Source of the DNA: Eledone cirrhosa
Lineage: Eukaryota
Length of the DNA stretch: 64,000 nucleotides
Reading direction: 5' to 3'
Assembly (NCBI GenBank): GCA_964016885.1
Contig: CAXHJY010001629.1
Coordinates: 53,362-117,361, forward strand
Made by a program: the position numbers and the translations under genes
Notes under the pieces: model-generated
Database searches by the model: none
What the model was told of the DNA's origin: nothing
The model's input: only the letters and a program-made list of their open reading frames with translations
Shown: positions 12,652 through 26,355 of the stretch, one piece after another
Numbering within the stretch: position 1 is the first letter of the stretch
Layout: each line of letters starts with the position of its first letter

Positions 12652-12840
12652 GGGCGGTGAATTGGCTGCATCGGTAGAGCGCCAGACACCATGCTTTACA
12701 GCATAGAGTTATGGCCCTTTAAGTTTTGAGTTCAAATCCCGCCGAGGTTAACTTTGCCTTTCATCCTTACGAGGTCGATAAAATAAAGTACCAGTAATAC
12801 ACTGGGTAATTGCTGGCCTTGTGCCAAAAGTAGAAACAAT
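12652..12840 (+). mobile_element. tRNA-derived SINE (Nin/Deu-like core)
   Basis: A-box-like tggctgcatcgg, B box gagttcaaatcc, core gcctttcatcctt..gtcgataaaataaagtaccag, tail ggccttgtgcc..tagaaacaat. Confidence 0.9.
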
Positions 12841-12841
12841 T

Positions 12842-13104
<263 letters not shown>

Positions 13105-13112
13105 GATATAAT

Positions 13113-13175
<63 letters not shown>

Positions 13176-13179
13176 AATA

Positions 13180-13231
<52 letters not shown>

Positions 13232-13499
13232 AATATAATTTAGCGAGAATCGCATTTCGGCGGGTAGAAATTAGCGAAACGTAACTTCCATATTGTGCTG
13301 ACAAGCGCTCCATGGATATGAAGAAGAAGATACCAGAGCTATAAACATAAGTTAAAATGGCCATACACGCTGAGACGATGGTTAAGAAGCCATTAACCAC
13401 CATAGCCAAAAAAGCGGACAAGCTAAACAGGTCAAACAAAATGAGATATGATTGAAATATATATATATATATATGTTAAGTATTTCCAATGGGAATATG

Positions 13500-13675
13500 C
13501 ACAGAGAAAATCCAGGATGTTCGTTCATGCAGAAATGCAGGAGAATGTCCCCTACAGGGCAAATATAAGATAAAATCTATTGTATATGAGGCTAAAGTGA
13601 CACCTGTAAACACCAACCAGCTACTGGTGAGCGATATGTAGGTATGACTCAAGATAAATTCAAACAACGATTTTT
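13500..13675 (+). mobile_element. PLE GIY-YIG fragment
   Basis: SCRNAGECPLQGK..SIVYEAKVT..YVGMTQDKFKQRF with a frameshift. Confidence 0.75.
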
Positions 13676-13767
13676 TATTTTTTATTTTTTTAATGTATAT
13701 ATATATGTATATATGTATTTTTATGTATATATATATATACATACATGCACACATATATATATGTACG

Positions 13768-14075
13768 TATGGGTTTACCGAACATTTATTATAATGTTCG
13801 GTTTGTTTGTAAACAAACAGCCCGAATTACGCCGTACAGTGCTCGGCAACCATCGTCGCCCTTTTGTTCAACACTGACACAGGAACGATGTACTAGTTTG
13901 AAGCTTATCAGCTATCGTCAGCATCGTATACCTTTCTGTCAGATGGATTGAATGTCTGAAAGTATATACTTTCCTTATGCATATTAACGGCTGAGCAGCC
14001 TAATTTGCATATCGAGTGAGTTAGTCGTCCGGAGTACCGAAAACGATAAATGGAAAAGAATGAAACGAAATTTCA
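13768..14075 (+). mobile_element. Probable Tc1/mariner 5' end
   Basis: Starts TA|TGGGTTTACCGAACATTT, the same terminus that forms the hairpin at 14201-14311. It ends at ATGGAAAAGAATGAAACGAAATTTC (MEKNETKF, mariner-like start). Confidence 0.45.
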
Positions 14076-14200
14076 TTTCTCACTCTTAGTACGGCTGATA
14101 CCTAAATATAAGTATGTATACGTACATACATATATGTGTACAGACGCACAGTAGTATGTATATATATATATACATACATGCACACATATATATATGTACG

Positions 14201-14311
14201 TATGGGTTTACTGAACATTTATTATAATGTTCGGTTTGTTTGTAAACAAACAGCCCGAATAACGCCTTACAAACAAACCGAACATTATAATAAATGTTCG
14301 GTAAACCCATA
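14201..14311. mobile_element. Minimal TIR-only hairpin (MITE) derived from the 13768 element end
   Basis: 45-bp arms tatgggttta(c)..tttgtaa / ttacaaacaaacc..aaacccata with TA at both ends. Confidence 0.7.
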
Positions 14312-14800
14312 GAATACTGTAGAAGATATTCTTTATGGATTTGGAAGAGAAGAGTTGATTCAGCTATGCATTTATAAACTCATCAAAGGTCAGCTAATGA
14401 AATAAAACCAGCAGGAGAGTAGATTTATGACTACCTTCTCAAACACCCTTATGTTACAACCTCACCATTTTCTGAGTGTATATATATATGTGAGTGTGTA
14501 TGTGTGTGTACGTGTGTGTGTGTACGTGTGTGTGTGTGTGTGTATGTATGTATACTTTAATTCCTCAGGACCTTCATCATCATCAACACTCATTAACGCC
14601 ACACCCCAGACACATCCAAATCTCTCTCTTATATATAATCACACATTTCAACACAACCTGATCTCAGTTTGACAATCGCCACAGACAGACGAATGCGAGA
14701 AAGTTCTCCAACCCAAGTTAACCAGGAATCTCTAAAATTCTTCCCACCGAAGTTAACAAAGAACTTACTGGATCTACCAACTCATAACATTATAATATTA

Positions 14801-15600
14801 CTAGCAGTGGTACCCGGCGTTGCACGGGATAAGGTATTATGGAACGCGGGCTGCCAACAGACCTAATTGTGTAAAAACTGCATGCCTGGACAATATGTAA
14901 AGAAAATAAACCGAATACTCTGATGGCTGGATAATCTTTAAGATTTTCCTTGATGAAGCAGGAAAAATGCAGGTTTTCACCTAATGCGGGCCCTAGGGGA
15001 TCAAGAAAATAATATTTTTTATGTGCTCACGGTATGAAGAAGAGACTAATACATAGTTACAATTTCAAGGAAATCGGTCTGACGTAACGCCTCAAAAAAT
15101 CCATAAAAAGCTTAAAAAACGCAGTTTTTCACTTAATGCGGGCCCTAGGAGATAACAAAATTGAATTTTTTAATGTGCATAACACTCCTTGAAACATAAG
15201 TAATACACATGTAAAGTTTGAAAAAAATCGGTAGGGTACTTCTCGAATTTTAGGGATTCAAACTCAGACACAGACACACACAAACACACAGAGACAGACA
15301 TCCTCAGGGAAGTGACGTAATGCAGACAGCCAGACATACAGACAGATATTATAAGGGCGCGACGTTATATGTATGTATCTATCTAAAAAGAGAAAAATTA
15401 AGAATTATAGAGAGAGATCGCTAAATCGCCTAATGCGGTCCCTAGGGCATTGAAAATTTGAATTTTTTTGCTCAGAACACTCCCTGAAACACAAGTATTA
15501 CATGTGTAAAGTTTGAAAACAGGCGGTTGGGTGGTTCTTGAGTTTTAGGGATTCAAACTCACACACACACAGACGACATCCTCAGTTTTATATATATAGA
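14801..15600 (-). mobile_element. Complete non-autonomous Helitron, 800 bp
   Basis: Minus strand: A|TCTATATATATAAAAC ... hairpin cccgtgcaacgccggg ... CTAG|T. Internal repeats taatgcgg(g/t)ccctagg lie at about 14983, 15134 and 15431. Confidence 0.88.
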
Positions 15601-15711
15601 TATTATAACTGTTTCTACCGATACTGCCAATCCACCGCCCTATATAGATATTATAACATTAAATCATAACATTTTTTAACACTACAAGTAAAGACATTCT
15701 TTTCCTTTTTT

Positions 15712-15739
<28 letters not shown>

Positions 15740-15745
<6 letters not shown>

Positions 15746-15906
15746 AAGTTTTATTTAAATTGTTGGGTTACAACGAGTAAATATTTATAACTGATATAAA
15801 AGCACTCAACAAGTATTTGGAGTATATTTACGATATTAAATAAATGGAAACTATATTTATAAAACCATATTTATTTCATTATATATATTCCAGGGATATC
15901 ATATTA
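15740..15906 (-). mobile_element. PLE pLTR fragment (family of 18219/21914), HHR 5' half missing
   Basis: Reverse complement of about 21945-22110. Confidence 0.75.
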
Positions 15907-16365
15907 ACAATACTATTCTTGTCTTTACTCTACATGATTATCGTTCAAGCATAAATAGACAACAGATATCAATATATCAATAAAAATATTAAAAAATATT
16001 AAAAAAAATATTGAAAAATAAAACACAGTATGCCCCGCAAATCAACCACAGAAAACAACCCTTCAAAATTAATTGACAATATATTGCCAAGTTCATTATA
16101 AGCATCAGAATCAAAAGCAAACAAAACCAAAATTATTTACCAAATCCTGTCTAGCAGAAATCATTCCAAAAGTTTAGGATACCCATTTGATCTACAGATG
16201 GTCTTATATTTATTATAGAAGTTTATCTAGTGTAAAATTTATTCGATATATTTGGAGCATCATCTTTTAGGGTAGTTTAATTATTCATGAAGAATGTTTA
16301 AAAAAAAGAAATCGAAAGATTTATCGGCGAGTTTCATAAATAATTACAAATCATAAGTAAATATA

Positions 16366-17306
16366 CTACATTTTAAATTTATATTTATATTTAAAAGTTG
16401 AGTTCAATCTATGTCTGCAGCAACTGAATAAATTTGTCCGTAAATTAAGGGAATTTTTAGATTTTAGTATAAAGAATATCTCCTCCGCGCAGAGGTCACA
16501 TGTCTCAGAAGATGAATTAAAAGGAATCCCTCTTGAGACTATATTCCAAGCCGTCGAATATCCAACGTTATCATGCTTAAGTTGCCAGAGTAAGCCTGAT
16601 AGTGATGTTGAAGATTTTTTGCTTGGATCTGTGAAAGAATTCTTGTGGTTATTATAGCGAAGTTTAAATTCTGTCGAGGTGGAACCAACATAGTTAAAAG
16701 AATTTAAGTCCGTTTTAACATTACAGTTGTATATTATATTTTTAACTAAGCAATTGTTATTTAACGGACATTTAGATCTATCTCTACAGTTACATTTGTT
16801 TACTTGGATATTATTTATGCCATTATCGGTATTTTGGCTAGGTTTTAAATTCCTATTATTTATTCTATTAATATTTTGTGCTAAATTTTTGGTGGATGAG
16901 TAAGTTAATTTTATAGTATGTCTATTGAAAATTGAGTGATACTTATGTGTTCTAGGGAAGCGATTATCAAGAGCATTAAAAAATAGTTTAGCGATGTGGG
17001 TTTTAATGTTTAGTGAGAAGGGGGGGGGGGGGGGGGGGGCAAACCATATTATATTCCTAGTTCTATTTCTTTTTTGGCTTTTGGAATTATTGTAATGCTT
17101 TCTATTATAGTTGTTAAAGTTGTTGCCGTAATTAAAATTGTTGTTATTTTGGTTAGTTTGTCTATTATTATCTATGTACATGATTTTATCACTATATCCT
17201 GCTCTAGCTAACGCTTCATTGTAATACTGGGCTTTTTCGTCGAAAATCTTTTTATTAGATGAGATTCTAAAGATACGTTTTTGAAAGACAAGAATAGTAT
17301 TGTTAA
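16366..17306 (-). mobile_element. PLE C-terminal ORF fragment (thumb plus GIY-YIG endonuclease), open frame
   Basis: KRIFRISS, IIWFAPP, IFNRHTIKLTYSST, CNCRDRSKCPLNNNCL..IIYNC..YVGST..FKLRYNNH, CDLCAEE, LNLR..CRH. Confidence 0.92.
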
Positions 17307-18218
17307 AATTAATGTAGATTCTATATATATTTGTGTGTATGTACACATATATGTATACTAGAATTTTTATAGCACAATGAGAATGTTTTCATGTGAAATA
17401 GGAATTTGCAGAGTTGATCACGTAAATTCACATGGATGTCTATAGTATCGAATCTGGGATAACCTTCTATTTTCTTTTTTCTTTTTTCATGAAAGTGCAT
17501 ATATACTTATGTATTTCAATTTGTTGAAGTTTTTATCTCAGTTTTTTATCTCAGTTCTGATTATAAACCTAAGAATTTTAAACTAGACATATGATCATTA
17601 TTTTTCACACATTATTGATACGTGTCTCATTCATGAATACTGATATTTACATTATAATACCTAATTCATACGAATTGATATTTTAGATGATGAAACATAA
17701 TGTTTTAAATCTGCCTCGTTTATCTCTGGATATTTTTCTTTTCTCTCTATGTAACGGCTGTTTCCTCTCCTAACCACATATATCTCTCTCTACCTTAATA
17801 CTAGAACTAAATAAATAAATAAATAAATAAATATATCATTGATACGTCATTCAACTGGTGCCCAACTACCTATTTTTCTCTCTCTCTATTTCTCTCTCTC
17901 TCTATCTATATCTATCTCTCTCTATTTTTTCTCTCTCTCTCTCTTCTCTCTCTCTCTCTATCTATCTCCCTCTGTTTTTTCTCTCTCTATCTATCTCTCT
18001 CTGTTTTTTCTTTACATGAATTTCTTCTCTCTATCTATCTCTCTATATCTCTCTCTCTCTGTTTTTCGTTGCATGCATTTCTTCTTTTTCTTCGCTTTCT
18101 TTCTTTCTTTCTTTTTATAACTGTCCCTAACATTTTTCACTACCAAATCAACTTTTTAAATGGAAGTTGAAGTTGTAAGGTATGTCAAATCTATCTATTT
18201 ATAAGACTGTTTATATTG

Positions 18219-18284
18219 TATTTTGTCTGATGAAGGCATACCATATTTTTAATATGATATCCCTGAAATATATATAATGAAATA
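18219..18284 (+). ncRNA. Type I hammerhead ribozyme (pLTR about 18180-18327)
   Basis: tattttgt-CTGATGA-aggcataccatat..atatgatatccct-GAAA-tatata-TA-atgaaata. Confidence 0.75.
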
Positions 18285-18396
18285 AATATGGTTTTATAAA
18301 TATAGTTTCCATTTATTTAATATCGTATATATATATATATGTATATACAGAGAGAGAGAAAGAGAAATAGAAAAAGTGAGAGAGAGAGAGAGATAG

Positions 18397-18427
<31 letters not shown>

Positions 18428-18727
18428 TAGAGATATATATATAGATAGAGAGAGAGATAGAGATAGATAGATAGATAGAGAGATAGATAGATAGATAGAG
18501 AGAGAGAACCGAACTTCATAACTATACATGTATAACCACAACTACATATAATCTGTGCAAAATCCAAGGGAATTAACTAACGATAAACTTCAAAGTTACT
18601 TCCCTTCGACAATATTCCTTACTGCAATTATCCGTAGTCAAAGTCACATAAGTTCAGTTTCTTTTTATAGTTGTGAAGCTACTCACAGGACTAGAGTTTC
18701 ATAGTGTGTGAATGTGTGTGTGTGTGA

Positions 18728-18832
<105 letters not shown>

Positions 18833-19219
18833 TGTGTATGATTGTATGTATATGTGTAGTAAAATGATATTTGAATTTACAGCTCACATCAATGAAGATT
18901 TTTACAAGGATGTATCTGATAGACGGTTTCTTGGGTGATTTAATGACAGGGACCTCGATTTTATTATGAAAATGAACGGGAAATAAAGCCTCTTGCTCAA
19001 TAATACAATGAGACGTTTCATTTCACGTTGCGTTTCATAAGACTGACTCCTATCATTAAGAATCCTCATATGAAATATAGACACGTAAGATATGAGTTTG
19101 ATGCAACCCCTTTGAAAGATGCTTTCCAGATATCTGTTCATATAATCAGCGTATGCTTGGCGTGAGGTATTAAGTTTGCAGGCGGATGATACTTCTATCC
19201 AGTGTTGAACCAACAAACC

Positions 19220-19296
<77 letters not shown>

Positions 19297-19353
19297 CGTT
19301 TCTGAATTTGTTTAGCAAGATTCTTTATCTGAAAACGTGTGTTGAAACTGATG

Positions 19354-20832
19354 TTGTTATACTTTGGGAGGGTCATGTTGCCAATAGCACACGCACCAGT
19401 TGCTTTCACTCGCACAGTTGCTTCCAAATATCTGATCCACCGAAACAGCTGAGTTTCGGTGGATCAGATATTTGGATGTCATGGGTTTGGCATAATGGGA
19501 ATGGAGGTTTTGTTTTTTGTTATTAATAGTTTCTAACCAGAGCTCTGTGTCTAGTACAGGTAATCGATGGTTGGGGTGTTTGCTTGGGTAGTCTATAGTA
19601 AGTCTAATACTCTGGTGGATGGAGTTAGCTATTTGCTGGATGCTTTCCATGGTGTTTTTCTCTAATTCCTGACTGTTCTCTAGTGGGGGTGATTTTACTA
19701 CGATGTTTATATCATCAATGTAGCGAAAGTACATTATCAGGGTTAAGAGGTTGCTGTCTTCTAATTGTTCTTTAAGTTTATTGTTCCACCATACCATGAA
19801 TAGGTTAGCTATGTCACCTGCAAAGCTAACACCAATGGCTGCTCCCTCCTCTTGGGCATATGTTTTTCCATTAAATTTGAACATATGTTCCTTACGGGTT
19901 AGTTTTATACTGGCCCCCACCGCATGTGCAAGCATTTTCTTTAGTTCATCATGGTTTTCGGGGGTCCGTATGGCTCTGGTCCACCCGTTCCATCTTTCTC
20001 TGTGGATTTTCTTGGCCATTGAGGTAATGGTAGGTGGTCTGCCTCTTTCTGGCCTTGTGGGGCAGAGGTTCCTAAGGTCATACGTATCTAGATAATCATT
20101 ACTATAAATAAGTTTAAGTAGGAGTCCCAGCTAACTCCATCCACCAGAGTATTAGACTTACTATAGACTACCCAAGCAAACACCCCAACCATCGATTACC
20201 TGTACTAGACACAGAGCTCTGGTTAGATACTATTAATAACAAAAAACAAATCCTCCATTGCCATTATGCCAAACCCATGACTTCCAAATATCTGATCCAC
20301 CGAAACTCAGCTGTTTAGGATCACACCAAAATCAACATACTGATTACGGATTTAGTATGGGTGATGAGAAACGTGTCCCGCATGTGCAACCCCAAAGAAC
20401 TAGAGAGACACATACAACACTTCATCCACCGTATGCAGTTCTCCGGTTACAGAGAGATAAAATCAGAGTATATAGAGGAGCCAGAACCAAATGAGAAAAA
20501 ATGGTAAATAATGATACAAAAGAGACCTGCCCCTTGTATAGGAGCAAATTTTGGAATAGAATAGAAAGAACTAGGAATAAGGTTAAAAAACAAGATGGCG
20601 TAGGATAGAACAAAAGAGAGGCACAAAACAAAGAAAAGTATCCCCAGTCACTTAAGAGGTCACAGAATGTGTGACGAAAGAACTTTGACAATATATAAAC
20701 AACCATCCGGTCGTGGAACCAACCAGCAGGAAATTTATAAATTTTTAAATTTACAATTTTATTCATAATAAATTGGAGTGAAAGCAACCGATGTGTGTGT
20801 TTCTCATTAGCAACATGACCCTCCCAAAGTAT

Positions 20833-20837
<5 letters not shown>
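19354..20837. mobile_element. PLE RT fragments in inverted arrangement, bounded by 28-bp inverted repeats
   Basis: Minus ORF 19357-20019 has QEEGAAIG, FRYIDD, LPVLD, HYAKPM. The plus segment 20129-20595 re-copies 19443-19630 and continues (RMQFSGY..PLYRSKFW). ttgttatactttgggagggtcatgttgc is at 19354-19381 and its reverse complement at 20810-20837. Confidence 0.8.
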
Positions 20838-20894
<57 letters not shown>

Positions 20895-21628
20895 TAGAAA
20901 AAAGAGAATCAGTGTTGCGACGAAAGTAATTTATCGAACATATTACAATTGTTTCTCGGGCGACCAGCTCGAGGCACGATCGATAAGGTGATCAAACCTG
21001 ACTCTGAAATCGCGTGGTCCTCGGATACGTCTCGATTCTACGAAGCAGATTTTCCTATTGTTCTTTAACATCGAATATCTTCATTTGTTGATTTAGATCC
21101 TGTTGTTGTCATTCTATGAGTGGTCAAGAATTGTACACGTCACCGGTATTTCTAGCCACTCATAGTTGCCCACTTCTTGATTCTTCTCGTTCTCCACCTG
21201 TCAATCAAAATGTCTTCATATATCAGAATTACTACTGTGGTGGGAGAGGGGCTGTAATCTTGAACGGCTGCATCACTTCGACGTCTTCATTGCCCCTAGG
21301 CGCCTTAGTCTACATCGGTCAGGAACACACCCGCAAGTATGCTGTATGCGGCAGTCATCATAAATAAGGTTTGGCGGGAATTAAAAAAAAAAAACCATAG
21401 GGATATTTAGCATAACATATGGAGGACACAGCCTTAGAAAACCCTCCACCATACATATTTTAAAAAGAAAAAGAAAAAGAAAAAGAAAAAGAAAAAGAAA
21501 AAGAAAAAAACCTGTATAAAGAACGTTTTTAAAAGAAAGCTTTCAACAGCCTTTCAAATAGAAGGGCTATATCAAAGGTGTTTTCAACAAATACACCCAA
21601 TTCTACCACACACTGGACTCAGGGGAGC

Positions 21629-21662
<34 letters not shown>

Positions 21663-21668
<6 letters not shown>

Positions 21669-22025
21669 GATATTAAACAAATGAAAACTATATTTATAAA
21701 ACCATATTTATTTCATTATACATATTTCAGGGATACCATATTAAAAATATGGCATGCCTTCGTCAGATAAAATACAATATATAAACAGTTTTATAAATAA
21801 TTTTGACGTACCATAAATATAAGCGACCATTAAAATAGGAGGCTGGCTCCTATTTTAATGGTCGCTTATATTTATGGTACGTCAAAATTATTTATAAAAC
21901 TGTTTATATATTGTATTTTATCTGACGAAGGCATGCCATATTTTTAATATGGTATCCCTGAAATATGTATAATGAAATAAATATGGTTTTATAAATATAG
22001 TTTCCATTTGTTTAATATCGTATAT
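21663..22025. repeat. Fold-back palindrome of an HHR-bearing pLTR (about 180-bp arms, 5-nt loop)
   Basis: Centre ggag-gctgg-ctcc at 21844; one mismatch seen between the arms. Confidence 0.95.
21914..21979 (+). ncRNA. Type I hammerhead ribozyme; mirror copy on the minus strand at 21709-21774
   Basis: tattttat-CTGACGA-agg[hairpin]cct-GAAA-tatgta-TA-atgaaata. Confidence 0.8.
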
Positions 22026-22130
22026 CTACTCCAAAAACTTGTCGAGTGCTTTATATCGGTTATAAAATATTTACTTGTTGTAACCCAACAATTTTAAATA
22101 AAACTTTTGCATATATATATATATATACGG

Positions 22131-22180
<50 letters not shown>

Positions 22181-23015
22181 TATATGTATATATATATATA
22201 AAGTATTAAAAAAATAATGAATAAAACAATGAAACAGTTCCTTATATTAAACAAAAAAAGTTCATTATTTAACGATCGTTTCTAGGACATATATGTGTTA
22301 GAATTGGCATGCATATTCAACAGATCTATGTACAAAATTATACAAAATTATACAAACTATCAAATATAATATACATACCAACACATACATATGCCGTCTT
22401 CAGAAATAATGAAATATATTTATTGATAATAACAACAATTCAAAATTACAGGTCTGTTTGGGAACAGAGTTCAAATTGACCAATGAAATACACAAAAATA
22501 TATCAAGAAAATACAGTTAGGTGTGTGTATATATGTAAGTAACTTCGTTCATAGATATGCATAAAAATATATGTTCACATGCATACGCATGCCGAAAAAA
22601 TGTATGTAAATACAAAAATTCAGGGCTAATGTCTCTGTATGTTTATAATCTACAGATAAAATACACATACGTATATAAACATATATACATTCATATATAC
22701 ACACATATACATACATTCACACACACACGCGCATATACACATAAACATACATATACCCACGAACATACACACACACATACACACATATGTATATATTATT
22801 ATTATAACTATATGGATATTAAGGCGCACACATAAACACTGCCACATATATATTTACATCTAGATGCAGAAGTAGGTAAAGGGGGTCAGTAATTACTAAG
22901 GGTGTCAGACAACTGCCTATTTATAAAATGTATCTATAAATTTAGAAATAAAAAGAAATATATTAAAAAAAATATAAACAAGTAAAATATATACTCATAC
23001 ATAGAATACACACCG

Positions 23016-23058
<43 letters not shown>

Positions 23059-23378
23059 CATACACATACATATACATATATAAATACATAGACACATATA
23101 CATATATACATACACACACATATATATACACACATATATACACACATATATATATACATATACATACACACACATATATATACACACACACATACATATA
23201 CGTATATATACACACACATACACATATCCATGTATGTATATACACATACAACCACACACTCACACAACTCAGACATACATAAATAAAGAGATATACATAC
23301 ACACATATACATATATATATATATATAGATATATACATACACATAAATATATATACACACACACACATATACATACAC

Positions 23379-23430
<52 letters not shown>

Positions 23431-24469
23431 ATAAATAAATAAATAAATACACACAGTCAGACAATTATGTACACATATATATATATATACATACACACAT
23501 CTCTACAAATATATATACACACATACACACGCACACATACATATATACATACACACATATATATATAGACATATATATACACATATATATACATATATAT
23601 ATACATATATATACATACACATATATATATATATATATATACAATCATACATACTTATTTACATGCGCACATATGTATTTTTATACTCACATACAAACAC
23701 CCAAACATACATATCTACTTACATACACATACATACATCCACGCTTACAAATACAAATAATTATAGAGGGGGGGGGGGATTAAAATTATTAGTGGGAAAT
23801 AGTAAATATAGGTTTCAAGGAACATAGAATATTAATCTGCATTTAGATTATAATATGTGTTTACATAGTAGTTTCAGTATTAGGAAATGTAAGAAAGAAG
23901 GCAAAATTATGCATTTTAATATAAGTAGACTATTAATTATAGGTTAACTAAATTAAATATAGTTAATATATTGATTTCAAAGGTGTATACTACTTAGGTT
24001 TATAATATTTGAAGCGGAATTTTGAAGTTAAACAGTAGTAGAGTATTAATTATAGCATAACTAAATTAAAAATATTAACATTATGGTATCAATATTAGGA
24101 AATGAATTTAGTAATAGGGAAAACCAAATCAAGTATTTCATCGGTAGTAGAATATAAATTATAGGTTAACTAAATTAAAAATTATATATTAATTTCTATA
24201 GTATATGTTAATTAGGTTTATAATAATTAAAGCAGATTTTGTATTTTATCTATAGTAGAATATAATTATAGGTCAACAAAAATTAAAATTAATATATATA
24301 TATATATATATATATATTTAATTGTAAAGAATATATTAATTAGGTATATATTTAAAAATTTATCTCAGTTTATGATTACATGATATTCTGCAATCCATCT
24401 GTATTAGAATTTTAATTTTAAGCTAATTAAATTAAAATTATAGGTTAACTAAATTAAAATTAATATAGT

Positions 24470-24969
24470 ATACCACCATAAGTATACCACCAATACATCA
24501 AACTAACCATAATATCTCCTCAAATACAGAATTAACGAAAGGTTGTAACTGTAGAAACAAAGCAAACTGCCCATTAAAAGGAAATTGTCTTGTTAACAAC
24601 ATAGTTTATAAATGTAAAGTTAAAACTAAAGATTCTATTTGCTCATATATAGGAGCTACTTCTAACAATTTTAAGGTAAGGTTTAATACCCACAAACATA
24701 GTTTTAAAAATGCCGCACTGGCTAATACAACATCTCTAGCAGAAAAAATTAATAGTTATAGAAATAAGAATATAGAATATGATATGACCTGGAGTGTGCT
24801 CAAAAGAGCCACCCCTTATCAAAATAATAGAAATGAATGTAGATTATGTTCCCAAGAACTATTTGAAATAATGAAATCTAAGGATATCCTATTAAATAAG
24901 CGACAGGAATTAATTATATCGTGTAATCATAAACTGAGAAAAACATTTAAATATTATAAACCTAATTAA
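24470..24969 (+). mobile_element. PLE GIY-YIG endonuclease C-terminus (spacer of the large IR)
   Basis: GCNCRNKANCPLKGNCL..IVYKC..YIGAT..FKVRFNTH..CRLCSQE..LLNKRQE..SCNH..KYYKPN*. Confidence 0.92.
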
Positions 24970-26297
24970 TAATATATATTTTAGAAATTAATATATAATT
25001 TAATTTAAATGTAGTTAACCTATAAATTTTAATTTAATTAAAATTCTACTACAGATGAGATTATAAAATATTGTGTAATCATAAATTGTGAAACACTTTA
25101 AATATTATTAACATAATTAATATATACTTTGTAAATTAATTTATAGATTAATTTTAGTTTATTTAACCTTTTATTAAAATTCCTTTACAGATGAAATATA
25201 ACAAAATATCGTGTAATCAATAACAGAGAAATATTTTTTAATATTATAAACCTAATTAATGTACAATTTAGAAATTTATTTATAAATTAATTTTAATTTA
25301 GTTAACCTATAATTTTAATTTAATTAGCTTAAAATTAAAATTCTAATACAGATGGATTGCAGAATATCATGTAATCATAAACTGAGATAAATTTTTAAAT
25401 ATATACCTAATTAATATATTCTTTACAATTAAATATATATATATATATATATTAATTTTAATTTTTGTTAACCTATAATTATATTTACTATAGATAAAAT
25501 ACAAAATCTGCTTTAATTATTATAAACCTAATTAACATATACTATAGAAATTAATATATAATTTTTAATTTAGTTAACCTATAATTTATATTCTACTACC
25601 GATGAAATACTTGATTTGGTTTTCCCTATTACTAAATTCATTTCCTAATATTGATACCATAATGTTAATATTTTTAATTTAGTTATGCTATAATTAATAC
25701 TCTACTACTGTTTAACTTCAAAATTCCGCTTCAAATATTATAAACCTAAGTAGTATACACCTTTGAAATCAATATATTAACTATTTTTAATTTAGTTAAC
25801 CTATAATTAATAGTCTACTTATATTAAAATGCATAATTTTGCCTTCTTTCTTACATTTCCTAATACTGAAACTACTATGTAAACACATATAATCTAAATG
25901 CAGATTAATATTCTATGTTCCTTGAAACCTATATTTACTATTTCCCACTAATAATTTTAATCCCCCCCCCTATAATTATTTGTATTTGTAAGCGTGGATG
26001 TATGTATGTGTATGCAAGTAGATATGTATGTTTGGGTGTTTGTATGTGAGTATAAAAATACATATGTGCGCATGTAAATAAGTATGTATGATTGTATATA
26101 TATATATATATATATGTGTATGTATATATATGTATATATATATGTATATATATGTGTATATATATGTCTATATATATATGTGTGTATGTATATATGTATG
26201 TGTGCGTGTGTATGTGTGTATATATATTTGTAGAGATGTGTGTATGTATATATATATATATGTGTACATAATTGTCTGACTGTGTGTATTTATTTAT

Positions 26298-26355
<58 letters not shown>

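Noticed and set aside
12652-12745. tRNA genes at A/B-box sequences
   Set aside because: They are SINE heads with no cloverleaf, always joined to the same core and tail.
21220-21362. C/D-box snoRNA (ATGATGA...CTGA on the minus strand)
   Set aside because: No convincing terminal stem or rRNA antisense element seen; such short boxes occur by chance.
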